From positions 1-64,000 of the forward strand of contig NIVC01003488.1 of the NCBI GenBank assembly GCA_002269645.1: a DNA stretch of 64,000 bases. The letters are read 5' to 3'. Numbering within the stretch: position 1 is the stretch's first letter; every line of letters begins with the position of its first letter. Position numbers and translations under genes: made by a program. Origin of the DNA: Macrostomum lignano (lineage: Eukaryota). The notes beneath the pieces are model-generated. The model was not told the DNA's origin. It searched no databases and saw only the letters and a list, made by a program, of their open reading frames with translations. Of the stretch, positions 34,465-45,000 are shown in pieces.

Positions 34465-34730
34465 CCAATCACAGCAGGGTGAGCTGGAGCTCAGAGCTGC
34501 TAGCCAATCACAGCAGGGAGAGTTGGAGCTCAGAGCTGCCAGCCAATCACAGCAGGGTGAGCTGGAGCTCAGAGCTGCTAGCCAATCACAGCAGGGAGAG
34601 TTGGAGCTCAGAGCTGCTAGCCAATCACAGCAGAGAGAGTTGGAGCTCAGAGCTGCCAGCCAATCACAGCAGGGAGAGTTAGAGCTCAGAGCTGCCAGCC
34701 AATCACAGCAGGGTGAGTTGGAGCTCAGCT
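34465..34730. repeat. 39-bp minisatellite, each unit carrying a GCCAATCA-type CCAAT box, ~7 copies
   Basis: Unit CCAATCACAGCAGGGTGAGCTGGAGCTCAGAGCTGCTAG. Confidence 0.9.
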
Positions 34731-36044
34731 AAATTTCCCCTCTGTTGCAATGGCTGCTTTAAAGAAATGCAGTAGGGAATGATTTAACGGCGGTCATCTT
34801 AAGGACTTGAGTAGAGGAAGGATCTCGTTTCTTATCTAAGGCATTTTAATTCACTCTATAGGTTGGTTTAGTCTGGGTCTGCATATTTCTTCGTAGCTAT
34901 TGTAGAATTGCTTGCAAAAGTTTTAAGTTGTCATTTCTTATAAATCAATAAAATTGCACGCCCAATAGATAAAGATTGTTATAATAAACTTTCCTGTCCT
35001 ACTTGTTGTTATTGAGCAAACTCTACGCTTAACTTGCGATTGATTTCTGATTCTTGATAGACTGTAGAGGGGAGGGGGGCAGGCGAGGTGGGGGCGGATT
35101 CGAATTCGCCAAAACTGGGAATAAGAAATCCTTTAGGCACTGCCGGAAAGCAGACGAATGGAGGATCGAGTTGGGGCAGCGAGTGCAGCTCGAGGCTGGC
35201 AGTCCCGCGGCCCTCAATTCTTAGCCGGTCCCTCCACCTCTTCTTAGTTCCGAGACATGGATTTCTAGACCAGAACGAATAATGTTGCTTGGAACATTGC
35301 TTGCTTACCGGTCTTCAGTGGTCGCTTTTCTAAGAAACGTTAGCTTGATAAGCTTAATACCATTGACCCTGAAGTAGAAGTCGTATTGCTAGTGCATTTA
35401 GTATGCTCATAGACCGAGTTTGTCTATGGCTAAACCCCATTCAGCGCTATGCGTTCTCTAGAGCTCACTTCATGTCCGTAGGCCTAAAACCAGCTTCTAG
35501 CTACGGAACTCCACGACTCCCCAGCCGTTTGAGATGAGGCATGGGCAAGAGGGCAGCGGTCTGCTTGAGTTCAACTCCTCGCCCCAGCTGCAGTCGGGCA
35601 AGTAGGCATTTTACATTCCTTCCTCGCGATTGCCGTGCAGTGCGCGGCCGTGCTAAAGGCGAGAGGGGGTTGGTGAAGTTCCAGAGGGCACGGGAAGGGG
35701 GAGATTGGGGAGCACCGCGGGCAGAGCTAGTAATGCCGTCGCTGCGGCTTCTGGGATTGGGGGAGGACAGACAGACAGAGGAGGAGGAGACTAGGAGGTC
35801 GATTGTGGAGCTTGGGAAGGAGCTGCTCACGCACTGAGGAGGCCTAGGGATAGAGGGAAGGAGCAGCAAGGAGGGGGGTTGGAAGATTTATTTATCCCTC
35901 CCTGCTGCCCGGTCCGCTGCGGCTATTTCTCCCTATATTGGCTTCCCCTTCTCCCACTGCATTTCCCCTTTTTTATCCCATTCCAAAAGCAACTGAGCCG
36001 CTGCCAGCTCCTGAAAGCATATTTTTCAGCAGTGAGAACTGAGA

Positions 36045-37456
36045 ATGCAATCGATTAAGTGCGTGGTGGTTGGCGACGGTGCTGTGGGCAAGACCTGCCT
36101 GCTGATCTCTTACGCAACCAACCAGTTCCCTGAAGAGTACATACCCACAGTGTTCGACACCTACAGTGCCAACGTGATGGTGCAGCAGAAGTCCATCAAT
36201 TTGTGCCTGTGGGACACCGCCGGTGGGTCGCTTATTCAGTCTGTGTTAGCCCCGCTCTTCAATCCGCTCCCTCTTCAATCTGCTCCCTGCCTCCCTCTTC
36301 AATCCGCTCCCTTCCTCTTCAATCCACTCCCTTCTTCTTTTTAATCCGCTCCCTCCCTCCCTCTTCAATCCGCTCCTTTCCTCTTCAATCCGCTCCTTTC
36401 CTCTTCAATCCGCTCCCTCCCTCCCTCTTCAATCCGCTCCCTCCCTCCCTCTTCAATCCGCTCACTCCCTCCCTCTTCAATCCGCTCCCTCCCTCCCTCT
36501 TCAATCTGCTCCCTCCCTCCCTCTTCAATCCGCTCCTTTCCTCTTTAATCCGCTCCCTCCCTCCTCTTCAATCCGCCCTCTCGCTCCTCTTCAATCCGCC
36601 CTCTCCCTCCTCCATCCGCCCCCCCAGGCCAGGAGGAATACGACCAGCTGCGCATTCTGAGCTATCCTCAGACTGACGTCATGATCGTCTGCTTCTCGCT
36701 CGAAAACCCGGTCAGTTGCGACAATGTCCGCTCAAAATGGGTACCGGAAGTGCGGCACTACGCACCGGAAGCGCCAATCCTGCTAGTTGGCACCAAGCGA
36801 GATTTGCGCGAAGACCCCGACACAATTGAGAGACTGAGGGCCAAGGGCAAGGCGCCAGTCTCTACTGAGAAGGTGAGCTCTGGAGCCGGGTGAGGCTGAC
36901 CGCGGCTCAACTCCATTTGCATTTTGATAATTGTCATTAGCGCAGCTACTGCGCCCCATCGCCCCGCTACCCAGCTCCATTTTGTCCGCCTTCTTTGCTC
37001 ACTAACCAATCATCTTTTCCCTCTCTATTCTCCCATCCTTCCTCTCAGTCTTCTCTCATACTCTACTCTCTCATCATCCCATCCAATCTCATCATCCCAT
37101 CTACTCTCATATTCTACCCTCTCATCCTCCCATCGACTCTCTTATCCTACCACCCGCACCTAGTCTCTCATACTCTCCTCTACTCTCTCATTTTCTAATC
37201 TCCCATTTTTCTTCTCCCCTTCCCCTATCTCCTCCATCCTCTACCGGTATCTAAATGCAGATAAACACAGACGCATGCATCCGTAACCGTCTCCCAGGGC
37301 CTGGCTCTGGCCAAGGAGGTTCAGGCGGCGGCCTACCTGGAGTGCTCATCCAAGCTGCAGTCCGAGGTGAAATCCGTCTTCGACGAAGCCATTCGCCTTG
37401 TCCTGGTCCCTCGCCGGCCAGTTCGGAAACAGAAGCGCGAGTGCCAACTATTGTAA
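36045..37456 (+). CDS. Rho-family small GTPase, Rac/RhoG/Mtl-like, 193 aa
   Basis: Exons 36045-36222, 36628-36872, 37298-37456 in phase (582 nt). G1 GDGAVGKT, switch I YIPTVFD, G3 WDTAGQ, G4 TKRD, G5 ECSS, polybasic tail and CAAX CQLL; the [10 protein letters not shown] start and QEEYD are RhoG-like. Confidence 0.95.
36250..36620. repeat. CTCTTCAATCCGCTCCCTCC-type minisatellite filling GTPase intron 1
   Basis: Direct tandem units. Confidence 0.9.
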
Positions 37457-37904
37457 TATTTCGGCGCCGTTTTAAAATCTGTGCACCTCTCGAGTAGTAA
37501 AAATAGCGTCTTTCGCTATTTTTGCAATTAGAATTCGAAAATTTTTTCTTTACTTGAGGACCGACTGATAAACCCTACTTATATAAGTAGTACCTTGAAG
37601 ATGGCATTTCGTCTTTGGATTAGTGAAGTTGAGGCACAAGCAACCACAAAAAACTAAACGTCACGATATAATGCTTGCTTTAATTATTATTTTTTGCTAG
37701 CTTCCAAAGTCTTCTTCAAAAAGACTAACAAAGAGAGCGTCTTGTTTTCGAAAACTCGTTCATGTATTTGTAGTATTGTTCCTTGTGCCGCTTGACTCTG
37801 CGCTTTTTGTTGAATAGCCTTGCTTTCTAAGAAATAATAAGATTTGCGATTCTGTCTATTTACATGTATTAGCATGAGTGACTGTGAAAGCACTGTTAGA
37901 CAGT

Positions 37905-38410
37905 GGCGCTGACCTGTTAGACAGTAGCGTCTACCTGTTAGACCGTAGCATCTACCTGTTAGACGGTAGCGTCTACCTGTTAGACAGTAGCATCTACCTG
38001 TTAGACGGTAGCGTCTACCTGTTAGACCGTAGCATCTACCTGTTAGACAGTAGCGTCTACCTGTTAGACCGTAGCATCTACCTGTTAGACAGTAGCATCT
38101 ACCTGTTAGACAGTAGCATCTACCTGTTAGACAGTAGCATCTACCTGTTAGACAGTAGCATCTACCTGTTAGACGGTAGCGTCTACCTGTTAGACAGTAG
38201 CATCTACCTGTTAGACAGTAGCGTCTACCTGTTAGACAGTAGCATCTACCTGTTAGACAGTAGCGTCTACCTGTTAGACGGTAGCGTCTACCTGTTAGAC
38301 AGTAGCATCTACCTGTTAGACAGTAGCGTCTACCTGTTAGACAGTAGCGCGTCTACCTGTTAGACGGTAGCGTCTACCTGTTAGACGGTAGCGTCTACCT
38401 GTTAGACAGT
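37905..38410. repeat. 21-bp minisatellite (CTACCTGTTAGACAGTAGCAT)
   Basis: Direct tandem units. Confidence 0.95.
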
Positions 38411-39085
38411 GGCGCCCACAACAGCCGGTCAGTTATCAGTGCCATGCATGTTTGTATTCTGTAATTTATCACCCGCTTGTTGCTTCCACAGTTCATTATG
38501 CTCGTATATTCAATATCCTATTTGCAAGAGCTCGCTCGCAAGTCCACCGCGATCATGCGGCACCCACGAATCAAGGACAAGCCAATAACCATGTACACCT
38601 GGCCTCCATCTCATTTCTAAGAAAATCAAGGATGTTATTTTTTATAGAAAGAAAGATGACCAACTGCTTCTGCTTTCGCCAATATTCCTAACGATTTGTG
38701 AAAGCACGCGGCTGCCTGCCGGCACGAAGCTTTCACATGACCGAAGTCTCAATGCGATAATCTCTTTCTCTGCTGCTTTGCGGTGAATAAATTAATACAA
38801 TTGCTGTACATACGACTGCATATATTATATTATTGCAGTACAATGCACACTGATTATGGATTATTGAACGAACGAGCCTGTTTGCAAAGTAACGCCTTAA
38901 CATTGGGCTATTCGAATTTAATTCATTGCGCCTTGTGGAAGGCTGACTGGCACAGTGGATTACTAGAATCTCAGGTTAAGCAGAGCCGCCGTTAGCAAAT
39001 TAAGCTTGGGGAGCTGCCGTAGACAAGCAGGCAGATTACATGTAGCACAATAAATTCAATGTACTGCATTCTGAAACCCGATTTA

Positions 39086-40835
39086 TCCGCTCTCTCCTTC
39101 CTTGATCCGCCCTCTCCTTTCTCAACCCGCCCTCTCCTTCCTCAACCCGCCCTCTCCTTCCTCAACCCGCCCTCTCCTTCCTCAAACCACCCTCTCCTTC
39201 CTCGATCCGCCCTCTCCTTCCTCAAACCACCCTCTCCTTCCTCGATCCGCCCTCTCCTTCCTCGATCCGCCCTCTCCTTCCTCAAACCACCCTCTCCTTC
39301 CTCGATCCGCCCTCTCCTTCCTCAACCCGCCCTCTCCTTCCTCAACCCGCCCTCTCCTTCCTCAACCCGCCCTCTCCTTCCTCAAACCACCCTCTCCTTC
39401 CTCGATCCGCCCTCTCCTTCCTCAAACCACCCTCTCCTTCCTCGATCCGCCCTCTCCTTCCTCAACCCGCCCTCTCCTTCCTCAAACCACCCTCTCCTTC
39501 CTCAAACCACCCTCTCCTTCCTCAAACCACCGTCTCCTTCTTAGATTCGCCCTCTCCTTCGTAGATCCGCCCACTCCTTCCTAGATCCGCCCTCTCCTTC
39601 CTCAACCCGCCCTCTCCTTCCTCAAACCACCCTCTCCTTCCTAGATCCGCCCTCTCCTTCCTCAAACCACCCTCTCCTTCCTAGATCCGCCCTCTCCTTC
39701 CTCAAACCACCCTCTCCTTCCTAGATCCGCCCTCTCCTTCCTCAACCCGCCCTCTCCTTCCTCAAACCACCCTCTCCTTCCTCGATCCGCCCTCTCCTTC
39801 CTCGATCCGCCCTCTCCTTCCTCAAACCACCCTCTCCTTCCTCGATCCGCCCTCTCCTTCCTCAACCCGCCCTCTCCTTCCTCAAACCACCCTCTCCTTC
39901 CTCAAACCACCCTCTCCTTCCTCAAACCACCCTCTCCTTCCTCAAACCACCCTCTCCTTCCTCAAACCACCCTCTCCTTCCTCAAACCACCCTCTCCTTC
40001 CTCAAACCACCCTCTCCTTCCTCAAACCACCCTCTCCTTCCTCAAACCACCCTCTCCTTCCTCAAACCACCCTCTCCTTCCTCAAACCACCCTCTCCTTC
40101 CTCAAACCACCCTCTCCTTCTTAGATTCGCCCTCTCCTTCGTAGATCCGCCCACTCCTTCCTAGATCCGCCCTCTCCTTCCTAGATCCGCCCTCTCCTTC
40201 CTCAACCCGCCCTCTCCTTCCTCAAACCACCCTCTCCTTCCTCAAACCACCCTCTCCTTCCTCAAACCACCCTCTCCTTCCTCAAACCACCCTCTCCTTC
40301 CTCAAACCACCCTCTCCTTCCTCAAACCACCCTCTCCTTCCTCAAACCACCCTCTCCTTCCTCAAACCACCCTCTCCTTCTTAGATTCGCCCTCTCCTTC
40401 GTAGATCCGCCCTCTCCTTCCTAGATCCGCCCTCTCCTTCCTCAACCCGCCCTCTCCTTCCTCAAACCACCCTCTCCTTCCTAGATCCGCCCTCTCCTTC
40501 CTCAAACCACCCTCTCCTTCCTAGATCCGCCCTCTCCTTCCTAGATCCGCCCTCTCCTTCCTCAAACCACCCTCTCCTTCCTAGATCCGCCCTCTCCTTC
40601 CTCAAATCACCCTCTCCTTCCTCAACCCGCCCTCTCCTTTCTCAACCCGCCCTCTCCTTCGTAGATCCGCCCACTCCTTCCTAGATCCGCCCTCTCCTTC
40701 CTAGATCCGCCCTCTCCTTCCTCAAACCACCCTCTCCTTCTTCAACCCGCCCTCTCCTTTCTCAACCCGCCCTCTCCTTCCTCAAATCCACCCTCTCCTT
40801 TCTCAACCCGCCCTCTCCTTCCTCAAATCCACCCT
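39086..40835. repeat. 20-bp satellite (CTCAAACCACCCTCTCCTTC / CTAGATCCGCCCTCTCCTTC), ~87 units
   Basis: Direct tandem units. Confidence 0.98.
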
Positions 40836-41299
40836 TTTTCTATTCAATTCTCGTTGGTTGTTGCACTTTGTGACAAAGAAGACCGCAAAAAGCGAGACCT
40901 CTAAATATTTTAACGGTAAACTACTATAAGTAAGTGCATTCGGATATACCAATATTTATTTTGAAAATTAAATCAGCAAATCGAATATCGTGGCAGGCAT
41001 CAGCTGGAAGAATGCAAGAATGCGCGACCAGTACAAATGTTTGTTCAGATAAGGCATGCCGAAGGAAAACCCTAAGTAGATTAGGAAAGTAGAAGAAAAA
41101 CAATAAGATAAAAATCTTGATTTTCGTTGAATTTGGTGTAACATAGCTTGCGTATGACGCTGCATACCAAAATATCAAGCACTGTTTAAGTTATTTAAAG
41201 TTAATTTTTTGAATTGGCACTAAAATTCAGCTACTAATAGTAGCGAATGCTAAAAATTACTCAAGCTAATAACAAAGTTTATATAAAGCTAACCCCAGC

Positions 41300-41625
41300 C
41301 TGGCTGGGGTGGTGGTTTCGGGGCTGTGGCTACCCTGGATGGGGTGGTGGTTTCGGGGCTGTGGCTACCCTGGATGGGGTGGTGGTTTCGGGGCTGTGGC
41401 TACCCTGGATGGAGTAGTGGTTTCGGGGTTGTGGCTACCCTGGATGGGGTGGTGGTTTCGGGGCTGTGGCTACCCTGGATGGGGTGGTAGTTTCGGGGCT
41501 GTGGCTACCCTGGATGGGTGGTGATTTCGGGATTGTGGCTACCCTGGATGGGGTGGTGGTTTCGGGGTTGTGGCTACCCTGGATGGGGTGGTGGTTTCGG
41601 GGTTGTGGCTACCCTGGATGGGGCT
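41300..41625. repeat. 35-bp G-rich minisatellite (GGCTACCCTGGATGGGGTGGTGGTTTCGGGGCTGT)
   Basis: Direct tandem units. Confidence 0.93.
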
Positions 41626-42045
41626 GTGGTTGTGTGGTGTGGCTACACAGGGGCCTGAATTGGGCTGTGGTTGTGTGGTGTGGCTACACAGGGGCCTGGA
41701 TTGGGCGGGGGTTGTGGCTACATAGGTGATTGCATGCAGTCAATCCTTTAACTGAGAACAAAACAAAACTAATAAAAGAGTGTAAAGTTAGCACAGCCAG
41801 AAGATAAAAAGCTGAGTAAGAAATCGTACCAAAAAACTAGGAATAGAATTGACAGAGTGAGTGAAAAACAGCAATAAAACAGGGTCGCATGGACGGAAAT
41901 AAGCAGATTTCAAAGGCAACTTCTTAAACCACAATCATTCATTTTTTCTCTAATATCAAAACTGATCGCAGTGAAATTTCAACAACACAACACCAGAAAT
42001 TGAAACTGCACAGAAACTACACGCCAAAACAAATGAAAATGAAAA

Positions 42046-45000
42046 TCATTCATCACCAGCATCGTCTTTGTACAGCACTAGCAGACAGGGCGACAGCTGC
42101 CTGGGATCGAACACCAGGTATTCCCTAGCCAAGTTATCGTCGCCTTTGTAAGCCGAACGGCCAGGACACAGCAGCGATTGGTAGCCGGCCGAGGGGCCGG
42201 CGCGGCCGCGGCAGGGCGACACGACGGTCTCGGTGGCGCCGAGGGCCGCCCAGACGAGGAGCAGCATCCCGGATGGAGCGTACAGGGCAGCCGTGAGCGG
42301 CGAGGGACTCAAATAGAAGCCTAAGCCGAATGCGCCCTGGCAAAGTGTTGCATTTTTAAAAGATAATGTTCATCGATTTTACGTCGCCTAAAATTTAAGT
42401 CTTACTAAAATAAGCGACTTTTGCCTAAAAATACATTAAAATGCTTCTTGTTTACTTTCTACTGAACTGCAAGTAGTTTACACGCAAATCTAGTTATTAT
42501 TTATATAGGTTGGTTGTAGCCTAGTGGTTACAGCGTCGGACTCACGACAGAAGGTCGGGGGTTCGATTCCCGGTCCCACTCGGAACAATTTGTGTCTTTG
42601 AGCAAGACACTTAACTCTGCATTGCTTCAGTTCACCCAGCTGTAAAATGGGTGCCAGCATTAGCTGGGGTAATTGAGGGTGTGTGTGGCGACCCCCCCTC
42701 CCCCCAGTCCTTGGACTGAACAGCCGTACGCAGCCTTCAGATGCGCTGCGCAATAGCTGCGGCTGAGCTGTCGGTTGGACATCTGGCCTCATTGGGGCAG
42801 GTGAAATCAATTATTAATATTCAAACTATCTGTAACTTCTTTACACGGCTAGTGAAGGGCCAGAGAGGGCAAGCAAGGTGCCCCTACCTGCTCCATGTGC
42901 TCAGCTCCGGTGAATCCGCGCTCTAGCAGAGCCTCGCAGGCCTCGGCCCGCCGTGGTCCGCACAGGTACAGCTGGGTGCACTGCGCGTGCTGCTGCTGCT
43001 GTTGCTGGCGCCACAACTCGGACAGAGCGGTCGCGGGTTCGCGCACCGCAATGACCCGGTGCCGACCATTCGGCGCCCGGGGATCGGAGTTCAGACCGCG
43101 CTCAATTCGCGCGGCAGCTTGGCGCCAGCGCGCTGGAACAGCCGGATCGGTTTTTTCTACGGTGGCGGCGCTCTCTGGCGCGTCCGACAGAGAAGCCGCC
43201 TTCTGAGGCCCGTCAGCTGCCTCGCCGCCTTCGGCACCGACCCCAGTCGCTAAGCGCAGCTGCTCGGTGAGCGAGCGAATCAGGTCGTCCCTGGACTGCA
43301 CCAGCAGGCGGAGATGGGCCAGCTCGTGGCGCATTCGTTCGAATAGAATTGTTTGGGAGTTTAGAGACTTAACCTGACAAATGCAAGTTGGGGATGGATG
43401 AGTGCGAGTTACGCATCGGCTTATATAGATAAGCACTGAAAACGCCTGGGGTAGTTAGTGGCGGCAACGATACTTAAAAAATTAGGAGGGTGGCGGCACA
43501 TCAAAGGACAGGAGTTATAGCGGCACCTCAAAGGATCGGGGAGGTATAGCGGTACATCAAAGGATCGGGGAGGTATAGCGGCACATCAAAGGATCGGGGA
43601 GGTATAGCGGCACATCAAAGGATCGGTGAGGTATAGCGGCACATCAAATGATACGAGTTATAGCGGCACATCAAAGGATCGGTGAGGTATAGCGGCACAT
43701 CAAATGATACGAGTTATAGCGGCACATCAAAGGATCGGGGAGGTATAGCGGCACATCAAAGGACCGGGGAGGTATAGCGGTACATCAAAGGATCGGGGAG
43801 GTATAGCGGTACATCAAAGGATCGGGGAGGTATAGCGGCACATCAAAGGATCGGGGAGGTATAGCGGTACATCAAAGGATCGGGGAGGTATAGCGGTACA
43901 TCAAAGGATCGGGGAGGTATAGCGGTACATCAAAGGATCGGGGAGGTATAGCGGTACATCAAAGGATCGGGGAGGTATAGCGGTACATCAAAGGATCGGG
44001 GAGGTATAGCGGTACATCAAAGGATCGGGGAGGTATAGCGGTACATCAAAGGATCGTGGAGGTATAGCGGTACATCAAAGGATCGGGGAGGTATAGCGGC
44101 ACATCAAAGGATCGGGGAGGGAGCGGCGCATCAAAGAAATCCATAGCCTCACCTGCTGAGCCCGATTAGCGAAGAACTGCCGTTCCATCTCCTTGGCTTC
44201 GAGCCGAGGCGAGTAGGTCAGGGCCGGGTGATCGGGCGCGAAGGCGGACCAGGGCGGGTGGTAGGACATGATAGTGCAGTTATAAAACTGATCAGCGAAC
44301 TCTTTCCATTTCTCGTTCATCACAGGGTCGGTGATGAAGCCCCAGCGGGCGAAGAAGGACACGGCGTCGGGATCGGCGTGGACAACCACAGCGGAGTGGC
44401 GGCCCACGATGGCGGGATCCTTGAGGCTGCGGAGCAGGGCGCTGCCCAGGCCAGCCCGGCGGAACCGAGATCGGACGGCCAGGAAGACCAGGTGGACGAC
44501 GCGCTCGCCCTCCACAGTTTTCAAATCGAAGGTGGCCGCCCCCGCGAGCCGATCCACAACGGCGGGGTTGGCGGCTTTGGCTTCATTGGTTGAGCTTTCT
44601 GGTGCGCCTTCTGTGGCACCTGGTTGGAGTTGGTTGGGGTTGATTGGAGTTGCTTGCTCTTGGTTGGAGTTGGTTGGAGTTGGTTGGTGTCGCTTGGAGT
44701 TGGTTGGCGTTGTTTCGAGTTGATTGGTGTTGTTTCGAGTTGGTTGGTGTTGCTTGGAGTTGGTTGGTGTTGTTTCGAGTTGATTGGTGTTGCTTGGAGT
44801 TGGTTGGCGTTGCTTGGAGTTGGTTGGTGTTGTTTCGAGTTGATTGGTGTTGTTTCGAGTTGGTTGGTGTTGCTTGGAGTTGGTTGGTGTCGCTTGGAGT
44901 TGGTTGGTGTTGCTTGGAGTTGGTTGGTGTTGTTTCGAGTTGGTTGGTGTTGCTTGGAGTTGGTTGGTGTTGCTTGGAGTTGGTTGGTTGGTGTTTGCGC

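Noticed and set aside
42508-42580. tRNA gene
   Set aside because: A and B boxes are present but continue into a CORE-like body and there is a second dispersed copy, so it is a SINE head
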